Shown here one piece after another: positions 33,038 through 45,639 of a DNA stretch of 64,000 nucleotides. Source of the DNA: Albugo candida (lineage: Eukaryota). The notes beneath the pieces are model-generated. The model did not search any database, was not told the origin of the DNA, and was given only the letters and a program-made list of their open reading frames with translations. Numbering within the stretch: position 1 is the first letter of the stretch; every line of letters begins with the position of its first letter. The position numbers and the translations under genes are program-made. The stretch spans positions 124,001-188,000 of the forward strand of contig JBDOQK010000056.1 of NCBI GenBank assembly GCA_040437565.1, read 5' to 3'.

Positions 33038-35371
33038 TTACTCTAAAGCCGCAATATCAAATAGATGACGCATCGTTGGACGTCTACAAAAAGAGCACAT
33101 GTCAGAAAAAATTGTACCACACTGAAATAAAACGGCAGAACCCATGCGGACAATTCCAAGGCTGCTCCAATCCAGTTAATTTGTGCACAATCTAAAAACT
33201 CTCAGTCATTGACAATAGTTCCTATTCGATGTGATGTACTCACTCTCGTCATCTCCGCTTTGCTTAAAGCTGTGCCGATCATCACAGAGCTGCGACACGC
33301 ACGGGAAGCCAATATGCTCGCAACTTTTGATAGTCGAAGTGATTCGATATTGGACGGATAATCTTGCAACAATGAAATCAGTTCGCGGAGGTCTACAAAT
33401 CAAATCTGAAATCTCATCCTTCCCATTCGCCTGCGTGTATACCTTCAATTCCAAATTGTGTTTCTTTACTCAAAGGAAGAGACAAAAGCCGCAATTTATT
33501 ACTTTGTGCCTGCGCATCTATTTCAAATGTGAATCCATTTTTCTGAAAAACTTGCAAGTGATCCAAAATGATCATTTCTTCCGTTGTCGTAAGCTGCAGA
33601 CTCAGTGGGCGAACCAAAGGCTGATGATGTAATACCGTCGAGCGTTGAAGCGATTCATACCGAAATTTCTCATCGCTTGCGTGCTGATCGATAATAAACA
33701 GATCTTTCTCATCGTATTTGGCGATAATGAATCCGAGGTTGAATTGCCCAATGATTTCCATTCTTTCAAAGTCATTTTTCTGGAAAACACGATGAAGCAT
33801 CTCATCCGATATTCCTTCCTCTTGGACAATTGGACCTTTATCGCTAAGGCGTTTTCCAAGAAACACTTCCTCACGGAAGAATCGATTACGGGCGTCTCGA
33901 AGAGATGACAGCGTCCATCCGGAAACGATTTCGGATGTATACATTTTCTTTGGGGAAGGTTGATCTTGTCGAAATTTTGCTCTTTTCCGCGGGCACATTT
34001 GCGCAAATACGGTCTCAAACGCATCGCCGGATTCTTGAGGTGTCACAGAATTGGGTTGTAGGTCTTTTTTGCGAGTCTCTGGGGATCCAACAACCACTTC
34101 CTTCTCGATTACCGATGTCGTCTGACTGCACGCTGGTGTTTTTTCCTTCGTAAGAAGCGGCTGAACCGTATAAATTCGTTTGGCTGGTTCATAAATTTCG
34201 ATTAACTGCGTTTTCAGTGTCTCAATGATTTCGTTTTCCTAAAGGCATGTGAACGTCGTCACTCTTCAAAGTCAGCAAATCGAAAGCACATACATGTCGG
34301 AAGAAAACTGTTCTCTTGTCGGGCGTCACATTCAAATCGAGGTCTTCACTCGGCACCTGGAAATCGATCACATACGCGGCGTATTGTCGCATCTCAAATT
34401 GCCGCCAGACTTCATGGATCGCCTTTGTAAGTTTGGGTGCGTCGATCGGACGTCCATTGATGTACAGAAATTGGCGATCACTATCACTTCTTCCTGCTCC
34501 CATTCCAATTTGACTGATGTACCCATAAGTGCGTTTTTCATGCGTCGATATCGCGTCCAATTGGAAGGGAACTAATGTCTTGAAAAATTTCATCCCAAAT
34601 ACACTCGCGATTGTGATCTTCATAGCTCTGAATCGATCTGTATCGACAGTACATTCCGTAGACAGAACGATCTGCTGTCTCGTGCCCATCCGATTCGATG
34701 CGATAAACTTTACATTAGTCGATATCAGCGCATATGTTTGGATCACTTTGAGTGCTTTCGAGTAATATTTCTTGATATTTCGATGAAAATCTCGACAACG
34801 GACGGGTAGAGGCTACAGTAAAGCTGTCAATACGGCCTCGACAAGCGCTTTCGTACATTAAAGAGCCCACGGACTGTGACCGTAGTGCCCATTCCTCGTG
34901 CTTTTGAACTCTTTTCCAGAAGTTTGCCGCATGAATCGTACTTTAAAAGGGTTCCCATTGCATCCTGAGCCGTTTTGGTGCAAATTGTGAGCTCTAAAGC
35001 CAATTGACAGATGGAACTGAGTGCTTCGCCGCTGTTTTAATTGCGTTATTTTTCACTCTGAGAATAAATGAGAAAACGTACCGAAATCCAAACGATTGAA
35101 CAGTCTCAATATCTTCGAATAGAGCGATTTTGGATGTGTGATTCTTTTGCGCGAGCGTGGCGTGATTCTCAGAAGGAATACCGGTGCCATTATCGAGCAC
35201 TTCGATTGTGGTTTTCCCGTACTCTTCGAATCGGATTACAATTTGAGTTGCACAGGCGTCAAGTGCGTTCTCTATTAGCTCTTTCAGTGCAATGGAGGCG
35301 TCTGGTATGGATTGTCCGCTGCAAATTCGCTGTACATCGCCGACGTCGAGCGCTTGCATGGACGATGGCAT
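33038..35371 (-). CDS. PMS2: MutL homolog mismatch repair endonuclease PMS2 (multi-exon)
   Basis: GHKL ATPase ALKELIENALDA, DNGTGI, SFGFRG; LNVTPDKR; IIGQFNLGFI; DQHASDEKFRYE endonuclease motif; ASRACRSSVMIG; PWNCPHG|RPTMRHL. Confidence 0.95.
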
Positions 35372-35435
35372 GAGGCGAACGTAATGTAGGTACGTGCGTA
35401 ATTAGCCTAACGTACGTGTGTTCAAGACGTTTTGT

Positions 35436-35441
35436 GATTGG
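35436..35441. promoter_or_regulatory. CCAAT box in the 91-bp PMS2/KAE1 divergent promoter
   Basis: GATTGG between head-to-head ATGs at 35371 (-) and 35463 (+). Confidence 0.45.
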
Positions 35442-35462
35442 TCGAAATAGCTCGGGAGTATT

Positions 35463-36800
<1,338 letters not shown>

Positions 36801-36940
36801 TTCCTCGCTTCATGCAAGGAGCTGTACTCTATCCGAACACGATCTATCTCTACTATAGCTTTTGATGTCTGCGGGATCAAAAGCGCAATTTTGTCTTACT
36901 TTTGAGCTAAGAAACTGATAAGATTTATCCTCCACTATAT

Positions 36941-37006
36941 GATTGGTTCATATTCACTTGCTTGATTATCGCGATTGGTTTCTCTTATCAAACGATATAA
37001 CCAATC
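36941..37006. promoter_or_regulatory. Three CCAAT boxes upstream of HIS1
   Basis: GATTGG at 36941 and 36973, CCAATC at 37001. Confidence 0.5.
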
Positions 37007-37117
37007 AGCATCATGAACAGTATCGGTAACCGCATCTTGAGTATACGAGTTTACCTATACAAACGGGGCACTTGCTATAAATACCAGCGTTAAGCGTTAC
37101 GTTAGTATACGTTTGTA

Positions 37118-38070
37118 ATGTTATCGCCAACAGCACCGACGCCCGAAAACGATAATTTGTTATTCGCGGTACCGAAAAAAGGACGCTTGCACGGTCAGAT
37201 CCTCGAGTTATTACGAGGATCAGGCATCGATTACCATCGGGTGCGATCCACATCCACTCCTTCCCAGTCTCTATCTGAATACGTTTCTTATTGTAGCCGA
37301 ATCGCGTGGATATTGCGATCTGTAAAAGTCTTCCAATCACATTAGTCTTTCTACCTGCATCCGATATCGCGACTTTTGTGGGTGAAGGTAATCTCGACCT
37401 CGGGATCACGGGACAAGATATTATTGCCGAATCAAATGTCGACGTTATTGAGAAATTAAAATTGGGCTTTGGAAAATGCCGTTTAAGCGTCCAAACGCCT
37501 CAAAAAGATCACATTAGTAATCCTATGCAATTAGCCGGCAAAAGAATTGTAACTTCCTTCCCCAATATCACACGAACGTACTTTGAAGCTTTGGAGAAAG
37601 AAGCCGACACAAAGCCGACAAAAATACGATACGTTTCCGGCTCTGTGGAAGCTGCGTGTACGCTTGGATTGGCGGATGCGATAGTGGATTTGATCGAGAC
37701 GGGTACAACCATGAAAGCTGCCGGTCTTGAGCTAATTTCCACAATCTTGGAGACGGAAGCAGTGCTTATCGCGAATCCAAAGTCAAAGAAAGACAAACTG
37801 ATTGAGACAGTGCGAGTACGGATGTTGGGGTACCTCACTGCGATGCAGTACAAGATGATCACTTATAATATCCACGTGGATAAGCTTGTATTGGCGGTTG
37901 AAATCACTCCGGGACGGAAATCTCCAACGATCAATACGCTAACAGGAAGTGACTTTCGGAGTGTCACAGCAATGGTCGAACGGACCAATGTGTCGGATAT
38001 CATGGACCAACTTCATGAAATTGGGGCCACCGATATTGTTGTCTTCGATATTGAGAATTGTCGAGCTTGA
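37118..38070 (+). CDS. HIS1: ATP phosphoribosyltransferase (histidine biosynthesis), long form
   Basis: LLFAVPKKGRL, FLPASDIATFVGEGNLDLGITGQD, RIVTSFP, VSGSVEAAC, ADAIVDLIETGTTMKAAGL and C-terminal regulatory domain ITPGRKSPT. One intron at about 37240-37296. Confidence 0.96.
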
Positions 38071-38081
38071 TTGTGTCGAGT

Positions 38082-38959
38082 GTAAATGTGGCTAAACATT
38101 AGTAATCCATAAGACAGAAAAGCTCATTGCTAATAGAATCGGAGCTAATTCCACTCGCTCTGTTAAAAGCCACCGTCCATTCAAATGTGACGTCTGGCCA
38201 GCTGCTTGTAGTTCTCATCCTCTGGTCAGGCTTTTCTTTGAGCATACGTACGTGGCCGTGAGTCACATCCACGTGTTTTGATGCATTGTCCACTTTTTGT
38301 TCGCAGTAAACCAAACGGTTGACATTTCGTTTGTAGCAAAAGTTCTGCACAGAGGTTTTTGACTCACTGAAGAAATTGGGATTCGGAGTTTGTTTCAATG
38401 TACAAATATATCCACCACATGTTTTCTTTCAATGTGTCACATACGCCTGTGGATAGAGCCCAAGTGTGGANNNNNNNNNNNNNNNNNNNNNNNNNNNNNN
38501 NNNNNNNNNNNNNNNNNNNNNNNNNNNNNNNNNNNNNNNNNNNNNNNNNNNNNNNNNNNNNNNNNNNNNNGTAAATGTGGCTAAACATTAGTAATCCATA
38601 AGACAGAAAAGCTCATTGCTAATAGAATCGGAGCTATTTCCACTCGCTCTGTTAAAAGCCACCGTCCATTCGAATGTGACGTCTGGCCAGCTGCTTGTAG
38701 CCCCCATCCTCTGGTCAGGCTTTTCTTTGAGCATCCCTACGTGGCCGTGAGTCACATCCACGTGTTTTGATGCATTGTCCACTTTTTGTTCGCAGTAAAC
38801 CAAATGGTTGACATTTCGTTTGTAGCAAAAGATCTGCAGAAAGGTTTTTGACTCATTAAAGAAATTGGGATTCGGAGTTTGTATCCATGTACAAATATAT
38901 CCACCACATGTTTTCTTCCAATGTGTCACATACGCCTGTGGATAGAGCCCAAGTGTGGA
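38082..38959. repeat. Two ~389-bp copies about 4% diverged on either side of a gap
   Basis: 38082-38470 versus 38571-38959 differ at about 16 positions by manual comparison. Confidence 0.9.
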
Positions 38960-38972
38960 CGGTTATTTTACA

Positions 38973-41900
38973 ATGAATAGGGGCGTGAGTAACACAAAAA
39001 TGTCATCCAGACTACCATTTCCGAAAATGCTTTCTTCACGGCACGAGAATGATGAAGGCCTCTATTTGAAAGGCCTTACTCCACGTAATGAGACGCAAAA
39101 GTTGGAACTCGATGAGAATTCAAAGGGTTCCACCCCGTCCATGCACTTTTACTCACTCTTTCGACACGCGAATTGGATAGATAAAGGATTGCTGTCTTTC
39201 GCTTGCTTGATGACGACAATGAATGGAAGTATGGTTCCGTGTATGAGCCTGGTGTTGGACAACGCTTTTCGAGCTTTCCAGTCGCCTTTAACAGCTTCGC
39301 ATGTCGATCTTCCCGGAATCACGGCGGTGACGTTCAAGTATATCAGCATCGCCATCACATTGCTCGGTACTGATTCAATCGCCTGTTTTTTGTATGCATA
39401 CGTCGCGGAACGCCAAGTCAAAGCTCTGAGAGAGAAAGTCTTGAGGAAAATGCTGTACATGAATGTTTCGTGGCACGAACGACGAGACAACTCGCTTCTT
39501 TGGAGTCGCATTCATGAAGACACGACCAAAATAAGAGATGCAATGAATCTCAAGTTCCACGACGCGGTTAAATACACGTCTCAGTTCTGGGTTGGATACC
39601 TGATCGCCTTTACTAAGGCCTGGGATCTCAGTCTAGTGATGGCGTGTGTGATTCCAGTGATCGCTATAACGGTAGCATATATGCTTCGAGTGATTCGTGG
39701 GGGTGCGAAAACGGTGCATGAGCATGAGACAGAAGCCGATGCTGTAGTCGAAGAAACCATACGAGGTATCCGTACGATCACGTCATTGAATGCGGGAGGT
39801 CTTGCAGTAAAAACTTACAAATCCAAAGCACAAATGGTCCAAGACGAGAATCTCAATAGAGCCAAACCGATCGCTGGAATGGTTGGGCTTCTTTTTGGTA
39901 CGATTTGGATCATGTTTTCCGTTGGATTTTGGTATGGGCAACGAAAAGTCTTACAAGGAAATGTGAATTCCTCCTCGCACATGTTCCAAGCTATTTATGC
40001 GATTGTGGTTGGAACGCTTGCACTGGGTGAATTATATCCGAGTTTGTCCGCTATTGCAAAAGCCAAAGTGATTGCTGTGCCCATTTTCGAATTCCTGGAA
40101 ACGAAATCGACCATTGATGCGTCTTCAAATGACGGTGACATAATTTCCAATTTCGAAGGGAATATTGAATTCAAGGATGTTCATTTCAGCTACCCAACTC
40201 GGCCTAATGCTTCCGTTTTGCAAAAATATAGCGTCCGCATCGAAGCCGGTCAAAAAGTTGCTTTTGTTGGACCGAAAGGCTCTGGGAAAAGCACGATATC
40301 TTCTTTGTTAGAGCGATTCTATCTTCCCGATCAAGGAAATATCTTTTTAGATGGAAAAGACATTCAAAACCTTCGTATTCGCTGGCTACGGTCGAAAATT
40401 GGTTTGGTGCCTCAGAATCCTGCATTGTTTACCGGTACAATTCGCCATAATATTGATGGTGGCATTGAAGGCATCAGTCATGACGATGTTATTGATGCCG
40501 CTAAGCTCACTGGTGCCCACGAATTCATCATCAGACTTCCCGAGAAGTACGATACATTGGTGAGCGATCAGGGAGTATCGCTGTCCACTGGCCAGAAGCA
40601 GCAAATTGCTATTGCACGGGCAATCGTCCGGAAGCCTGCAATTTTGATTCTGGATCAGGCTACAAGTGTTTTGGATGTTGAGAGCGAAAAGCAGGTCCAC
40701 AAAGTGCTAAATCATCTCACGGAACAAACTCGCATGACAGCCATTTACATCACGCATCGATTGAGTACGATCAAAAACGTCGACAAGATTGTGGTCATGG
40801 CAAAGGGAACCGTTATCGAAGAAGGCACTCATGATGATCTTCTTCAAAATTCGGGTGGAATGTATCACAGTATGTGGAACGAGGAATTGGCGCAGCCGAA
40901 AGAAGTAGGGTCGACTGGGGAAGACAGCGCTCGTGAATTTCCTCGACATTTCTCTTTTTCCGATTCTCTGCATGAAACCAAGCAACAGAGCATGGGTGGA
41001 AGTACTTGGAGTAAAGCCATTGAACTTGTCCGACCAGAGCGGAAACAGATCGGATACGGATTGATTGGTGCCGCTATTCTTGGATGCAGTTATCCCGTTT
41101 TATCGATTTTCATTGGAAAAACTATGGCGGATCTGACACGGGGGTACGCAGACTTTGCAAGAACGCAGGACCAGAAGTACTTGGATAGAATATCGGTGAA
41201 TTGGATGGCGTATGGGCTAAGTCTGGTTGCTGTGGCGTACGTGGTAGCGCTGAGTGCTGGGATGAAATCATATTACTTTCGATTCATGCACGAGAAACTC
41301 CTCTTTCGTCTTCGTATCACTCATTTCAGCAGTCTTTGTCGTCAGAATATGGGCTTCTTCGATCAGAATTCCACTGGGAAACTCACTTCCGAGGTTGCCA
41401 CATGTGCCGCTAAAGGAGCTCATCTTGCAGGGGAAGCTCTTGGACAACTAGCTGAAGCATGTTTTATCACAACCGCGGCCATCATCGTCTCCTTCTTCAG
41501 TGGAAGTTGGATATTGACACTGATCTTGCTGTGTATCTATCCGCTTTTCATCGGTCTACAACTCATCAGATTCGGAAAAGGAAAGCACCACGCTAACTGC
41601 CTGAGTTTGTTAAATGAATCGGGAAATCTGGCGTCAGAAGCTATACATAACATTAAAACCGTCGCTTCATTGGGATCTGAAGAAGATGTTCTCTCGAGGT
41701 ACACTAAAATGATCCACGAAGTCGCCAAGGAAGGAAGACGTCGTGGTCAATGGTACGGTTTTGTTTTCGAGTCGAGTCAGGCTCTGGTGTACGGGACTTA
41801 TATTTTTTTATTTTGGTACGGTGGTAATTTGGTTGCTGACGGATCCATCACACTAGAAGCATTGATCCGCACATTAATGACAGTCTTGATGGCAGCCCAT

Positions 41901-42770
41901 GGTGTAGAAATCGCATTCAATTACTTTTGTGATACTGAAGAAGCCGTTGCTGCCATCAACACTATTGTCGTATTGCGTGATCGAGTCATCCCAATCGATT
42001 CCTTTGACACAAATGGCGACCAAGTTTGTAAAACGGCGGGTGATTTAAAGTTCCACAACGTGAATTTTGCATACTCTGGCCAGGCGAATGCGCTTGAGAA
42101 TTTCAACCTCCATATTCCTTCTGGAAAGACAGTAGTTTTATGTGGCCCAATCGGAGGAGGATTAAGTACGTGTTTTGCTTTGCTTCAGCGTTTCTACGAT
42201 CCATCCAGCGGCCACATTTCCATCGATGGGGTCGATATCAAATTGCTGAATCCCCAAAGATTACGGTCTCAATTCGCTGTTGTGGATCAGGAACCCATTT
42301 TGTTCAGCGGATCGATCAATGAGAATATCGCGTACGGCGTCGAGGTTCGAGGTCATGAAGAAAAGATCATCCAGGCTGCCATTTTGGCCAATGCGCACGG
42401 CTTCATTACCGCATTTCCCGATCAATACAAAACCCAAATTGGCAAATGGGGTGCTCATCTTTCCGCCGATCAGAAGAAGAGAATCGCAATCGCTCGAGCT
42501 TTCTTCAAAGAGGCACCAATTCTACTGCTGGACGAGGTGACAAGTTCGATGGATACCCAAGGCGAAAGGCTTGTCCGTGACGCTCTGGAGAAGATTCGAA
42601 GTGTACGCAAATGCACCACATTAATCATATCCAATCGACTCTCTTCGGCTCAAAACGCCGATTTAATATGTGTGGTGAATGATGGTCAAGTGAAGGAAAG
42701 AGGAACGCATTCGGAATTATTGAAAGAAAACGGTATGTACGCTACTCTCATCAGATCGAGCGCTTTGTAG
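38973..42770 (+). CDS. Full-length ABCB/MDR-type transporter (TMD-NBD-TMD-NBD) with degenerate ATPase motifs; intronless
   Basis: IEFKDVHFSYPTRP, GPKGSGKST, LERFY, IGLVPQNP; second half LQRFYDPSSG, VDQEPILF, GQVKERGTHSELL. Confidence 0.93.
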   Translation: MNRGVSNTKMSSRLPFPKMLSSRHENDEGLYLKGLTPRNETQKLELDENSKGSTPSMHFYSLFRHANWIDKGLLSFACLMTTMNGSMVPCMSLVLDNAFRAFQSPLTASHVDLPGITAVTFKYISIAITLLGTDSIACFLYAYVAERQVKALREKVLRKMLYMNVSWHERRDNSLLWSRIHEDTTKIRDAMNLKFHDAVKYTSQFWVGYLIAFTKAWDLSLVMACVIPVIAITVAYMLRVIRGGAKTVHEHETEADAVVEETIRGIRTITSLNAGGLAVKTYKSKAQMVQDENLNRAKPIAGMVGLLFGTIWIMFSVGFWYGQRKVLQGNVNSSSHMFQAIYAIVVGTLALGELYPSLSAIAKAKVIAVPIFEFLETKSTIDASSNDGDIISNFEGNIEFKDVHFSYPTRPNASVLQKYSVRIEAGQKVAFVGPKGSGKSTISSLLERFYLPDQGNIFLDGKDIQNLRIRWLRSKIGLVPQNPALFTGTIRHNIDGGIEGISHDDVIDAAKLTGAHEFIIRLPEKYDTLVSDQGVSLSTGQKQQIAIARAIVRKPAILILDQATSVLDVESEKQVHKVLNHLTEQTRMTAIYITHRLSTIKNVDKIVVMAKGTVIEEGTHDDLLQNSGGMYHSMWNEELAQPKEVGSTGEDSAREFPRHFSFSDSLHETKQQSMGGSTWSKAIELVRPERKQIGYGLIGAAILGCSYPVLSIFIGKTMADLTRGYADFARTQDQKYLDRISVNWMAYGLSLVAVAYVVALSAGMKSYYFRFMHEKLLFRLRITHFSSLCRQNMGFFDQNSTGKLTSEVATCAAKGAHLAGEALGQLAEACFITTAAIIVSFFSGSWILTLILLCIYPLFIGLQLIRFGKGKHHANCLSLLNESGNLASEAIHNIKTVASLGSEEDVLSRYTKMIHEVAKEGRRRGQWYGFVFESSQALVYGTYIFLFWYGGNLVADGSITLEALIRTLMTVLMAAHGVEIAFNYFCDTEEAVAAINTIVVLRDRVIPIDSFDTNGDQVCKTAGDLKFHNVNFAYSGQANALENFNLHIPSGKTVVLCGPIGGGLSTCFALLQRFYDPSSGHISIDGVDIKLLNPQRLRSQFAVVDQEPILFSGSINENIAYGVEVRGHEEKIIQAAILANAHGFITAFPDQYKTQIGKWGAHLSADQKKRIAIARAFFKEAPILLLDEVTSSMDTQGERLVRDALEKIRSVRKCTTLIISNRLSSAQNADLICVVNDGQVKERGTHSELLKENGMYATLIRSSAL

Positions 42771-43231
42771 CTGCTATCCTTATCGATTCTCATTTTGAGT
42801 AGTTAGCGCATGTTATAAAGAAAGCTTTTACAGTTTATTGAATTGTGTATCTTTTTTCGGGGCTTGAATTCTTTGTGCGATGTGAAAGCGTTCCAGAACG
42901 ATCAATGGAGTGGCAGCGTAGTGTCGGTGCTCGCTTGTGCGCTCGCAGTAAACGCGTTGCGGTCTACAAGTTGCCCTATGGGAAATTCCGCAAAATATTC
43001 CTTAANNNNNNNNNNNNNNNNNNNNNNNNNNNNNNNNNNNNNNNNNNNNNNNNNNNNNNNNNNNNNNNNNNNNNNNNNNNNNNNNNNNNNNNNNNNNNNN
43101 NNNNNCGCAAAATATTCCTTAAAGTTTGAAAGTTCAAGCACAAAAATCGTTTGGTGTTTGATACATTTGCAGCGAATAGTTGTTATTGGACACACAATCA
43201 AAAGCTGCAGGGTGTCTTTGAAGTACAAAAA

Positions 43232-43597
43232 TTACAAATCGGTGGTGGCTCGTGAGAGCGCTAATGTGGCTTGCTTTCCATGGATTAAAACGCGTGAAAT
43301 GTAAAGGGAACGTGAGGATGTTGTGATGTGTACGATTGGTTCCTGTTCTGGTTGAATCGGAGGAAAATTCTCGGAAGCGTCAACGCCAAAAGCTTCTTCA
43401 TTTTCATCGTCTTCTTGCCCGTCCTCCTTCTCGTCCGTATGTACAGTAAATGCTTGTTTCAATGTGGTAGCTTTATCCGTAAGGGATGTGAGAAAAGGAT
43501 ACTTTGCGTTTGTTGCCATATATTGCATGTCTCCGTCCGCTTGTATGCAGAAACCATGTGCATCATTCAGAAGATATCCTCGCACTGAATTGTCCAT
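43232..43597 (-). CDS. Ragulator subunit LAMTOR5/HBXIP-like roadblock protein
   Basis: GYLLNDAHGFCIQADGDM, FLTSLTDKATTL, EPIVHITTSSRSLYISR and TLALSR parallel LAMTOR5 (GVLCTDSQGLNLGCRGTL, VISVLAQQAAKL, IPVVCLE, TVAVHK). Confidence 0.6.
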   Translation of the reverse strand: MDNSVRGYLLNDAHGFCIQADGDMQYMATNAKYPFLTSLTDKATTLKQAFTVHTDEKEDGQEDDENEEAFGVDASENFPPIQPEQEPIVHITTSSRSLYISRVLIHGKQATLALSRATTDL

Positions 43598-43826
43598 AAA
43601 GCTGGCTATTTTTGTAAACTATCGTCTTGTAAAGCTAGTAACGCAATAAATACTCGACGTCATGTCTACTTATGATACTATTCATTCCAAGGCGCACTAC
43701 TAAAATAATCCACGNNNNNNNNNNNNNNNNNNNNNNNNNNNNNNNNNNNNNNNNNNNNNNNNNNNNNNNNNNNNNNNNNNNNNNNNNNNNNNNNNNNNNN
43801 NNNNNNNNNNNNNNGGCCAAGAAATT

Positions 43827-45201
43827 ATGGCAGCAAATGCAGGAGACGAACAAGTCGAGCTTTTTAAAGTAAAAAAGCTAATTAAATCACTACAAGCAGC
43901 TCGAGGGTGCGCGAATTTTCTCTTTCTCTCACTAGCATCTTTTTTTTTCTTACTACATGTTCACTATCAGAAATGGAACGAGTATGATCTCTCTTATCAT
44001 TCCTCCAAAAGATCAAATTTCGCGTGTCTCTAAAATGCTTGCAGATGAAATGGGCACAGCATCTAACATCAAATCACGTGTCAATCGTCTTTCTGTCCTT
44101 GGAGCGATCACATCCACGCAGCAACGCCTTAAACTGTATTCAAAATGCCCTCCAAATGGACTCATTATCTACTGCGGTACTATCGTCACCGACGAAGGCA
44201 AAGAAAAACGCGTCAATATCGATTTCGAACCGTTTAAACCCATCAATACCTCTCTGTATATGTGTGATAATAAATTTCATACCGAAGCGTTAAATGAACT
44301 GCTGCAGGACAATGATCGGTTTGGATTCATTGTTATGGACGGAAATGGAGCTCTTTATGGTACCGTCGCTGGGAACGCACGAGAAATCCTGCATCGATTC
44401 TCTGTCGATTTACCGAAAAAACACGGACGAGGTGGTCAATCTGCTCTTCGTTTTGCCCGTTTACGTCTGGAAAAGCGTCATAATTATGTTCGAAAAGTAG
44501 CGGAAATGGCCACACAAATGTTTGTGTCCAACGACAAACCGAATATTTCAAATTTGGTACTTGCAGGATCGGCTGATTTCAAGAATGAGCTCAATACCAG
44601 TGATATGTTTGATAAACGGCTGCAGGAAATCGTTGTCAAAGTCGTGGATGTCTCTTACGGAGGAGAGAATGGATTCAATCAAGCGATTGAATTAGCGGCG
44701 GAAACGCTATCCAATGTAAAATTCGTCCAAGAAAAACGACTTATATGTAAATATATGGAGGAAATTGCTCAAGACTCGGGGAAATACTGTTTTGGTGTCG
44801 GTGATACGATGAGAGCGTTGGAACTTGGCGCAGTGGAAACGCTGATATTATGGGAAGATTTACCGCACACACGATTCACGTTGCGTAATGAGTCAACCGC
44901 AGCAGAGACACACAAGATCTTATCGCCATCAGAAGAAACAGTGGAGTCTCATTTCATCGATCCCGATAATAACGCAAAATTGGAAATTATGGAGCGGATC
45001 CCGTTAGTCGAATGGTTTGCGAATAATTACAAGCAATTCGGTACGGTGTTGGAATTTGTGACGTCCAAATCGCAAGAAGGCTCTCAATTCTGCAAAGGAT
45101 TTGGTGGAATTGGAGGTCTTCTACGATGGAAAGTCGATTTCATGGAAATGGAGTACGAATTCGACGAAGACGATGATTTTGATGAGGATGCATTTATGTA
45201 G
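43827..45201 (+). CDS. ETF1: Eukaryotic peptide chain release factor 1
   Basis: [56 protein letters not shown]. One intron at about 43907-43970. Confidence 0.98.
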
Positions 45202-45639
45202 TTCTAGATATCATGAGGCTCAATGTCAGCAAAACTAATCATTCGATGAGAGAATTTTCACGTTTGGCATCTCAACCTCATCACTCTCTCCCTTCCTGCA
45301 GATTCACAGGCTCCGTACTGAGTCTGAAGCTTTGTCGCGATTGAAATCTCCCAACGATTCGTACTGCCTCCCTTTTCAGTCGTCAATCCCAATACCAAGA
45401 AGGCTGGCGATGCGAGAGGATGTAGAGTAAGTCGTCTTCCGTAACCAATTCTCCCGGACTCGGGCTTGTATAGACATATCCCAAGGATGCATTTTCGNNN
45501 NNNNNNNNNNNNNNNNNNNNNNNNNNNNNNNNNNNNNNNNNNNNNNNNNNNNNNNNNNNNNNNNNNNNNNNNNNNNNNNNNNNNNNNNNNNNNNNNNTTG
45601 AAATCTCCCAACGATTCGTACTGCCTCCCTTTTCAGTCG

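Noticed and set aside
38099-38929. Paired ~100-aa minus-strand ORFs in the duplicated spacer
   Set aside because: No recognisable domain, their start codons differ, and many of the differences are non-synonymous, so coding is unsupported.
43957-45201. Possible stop-codon reassignment signalled by eRF1
   Set aside because: GTS, TASNIKS, YxCxxxF and GGQ are canonical, and genes here end in TAA, TAG and TGA.
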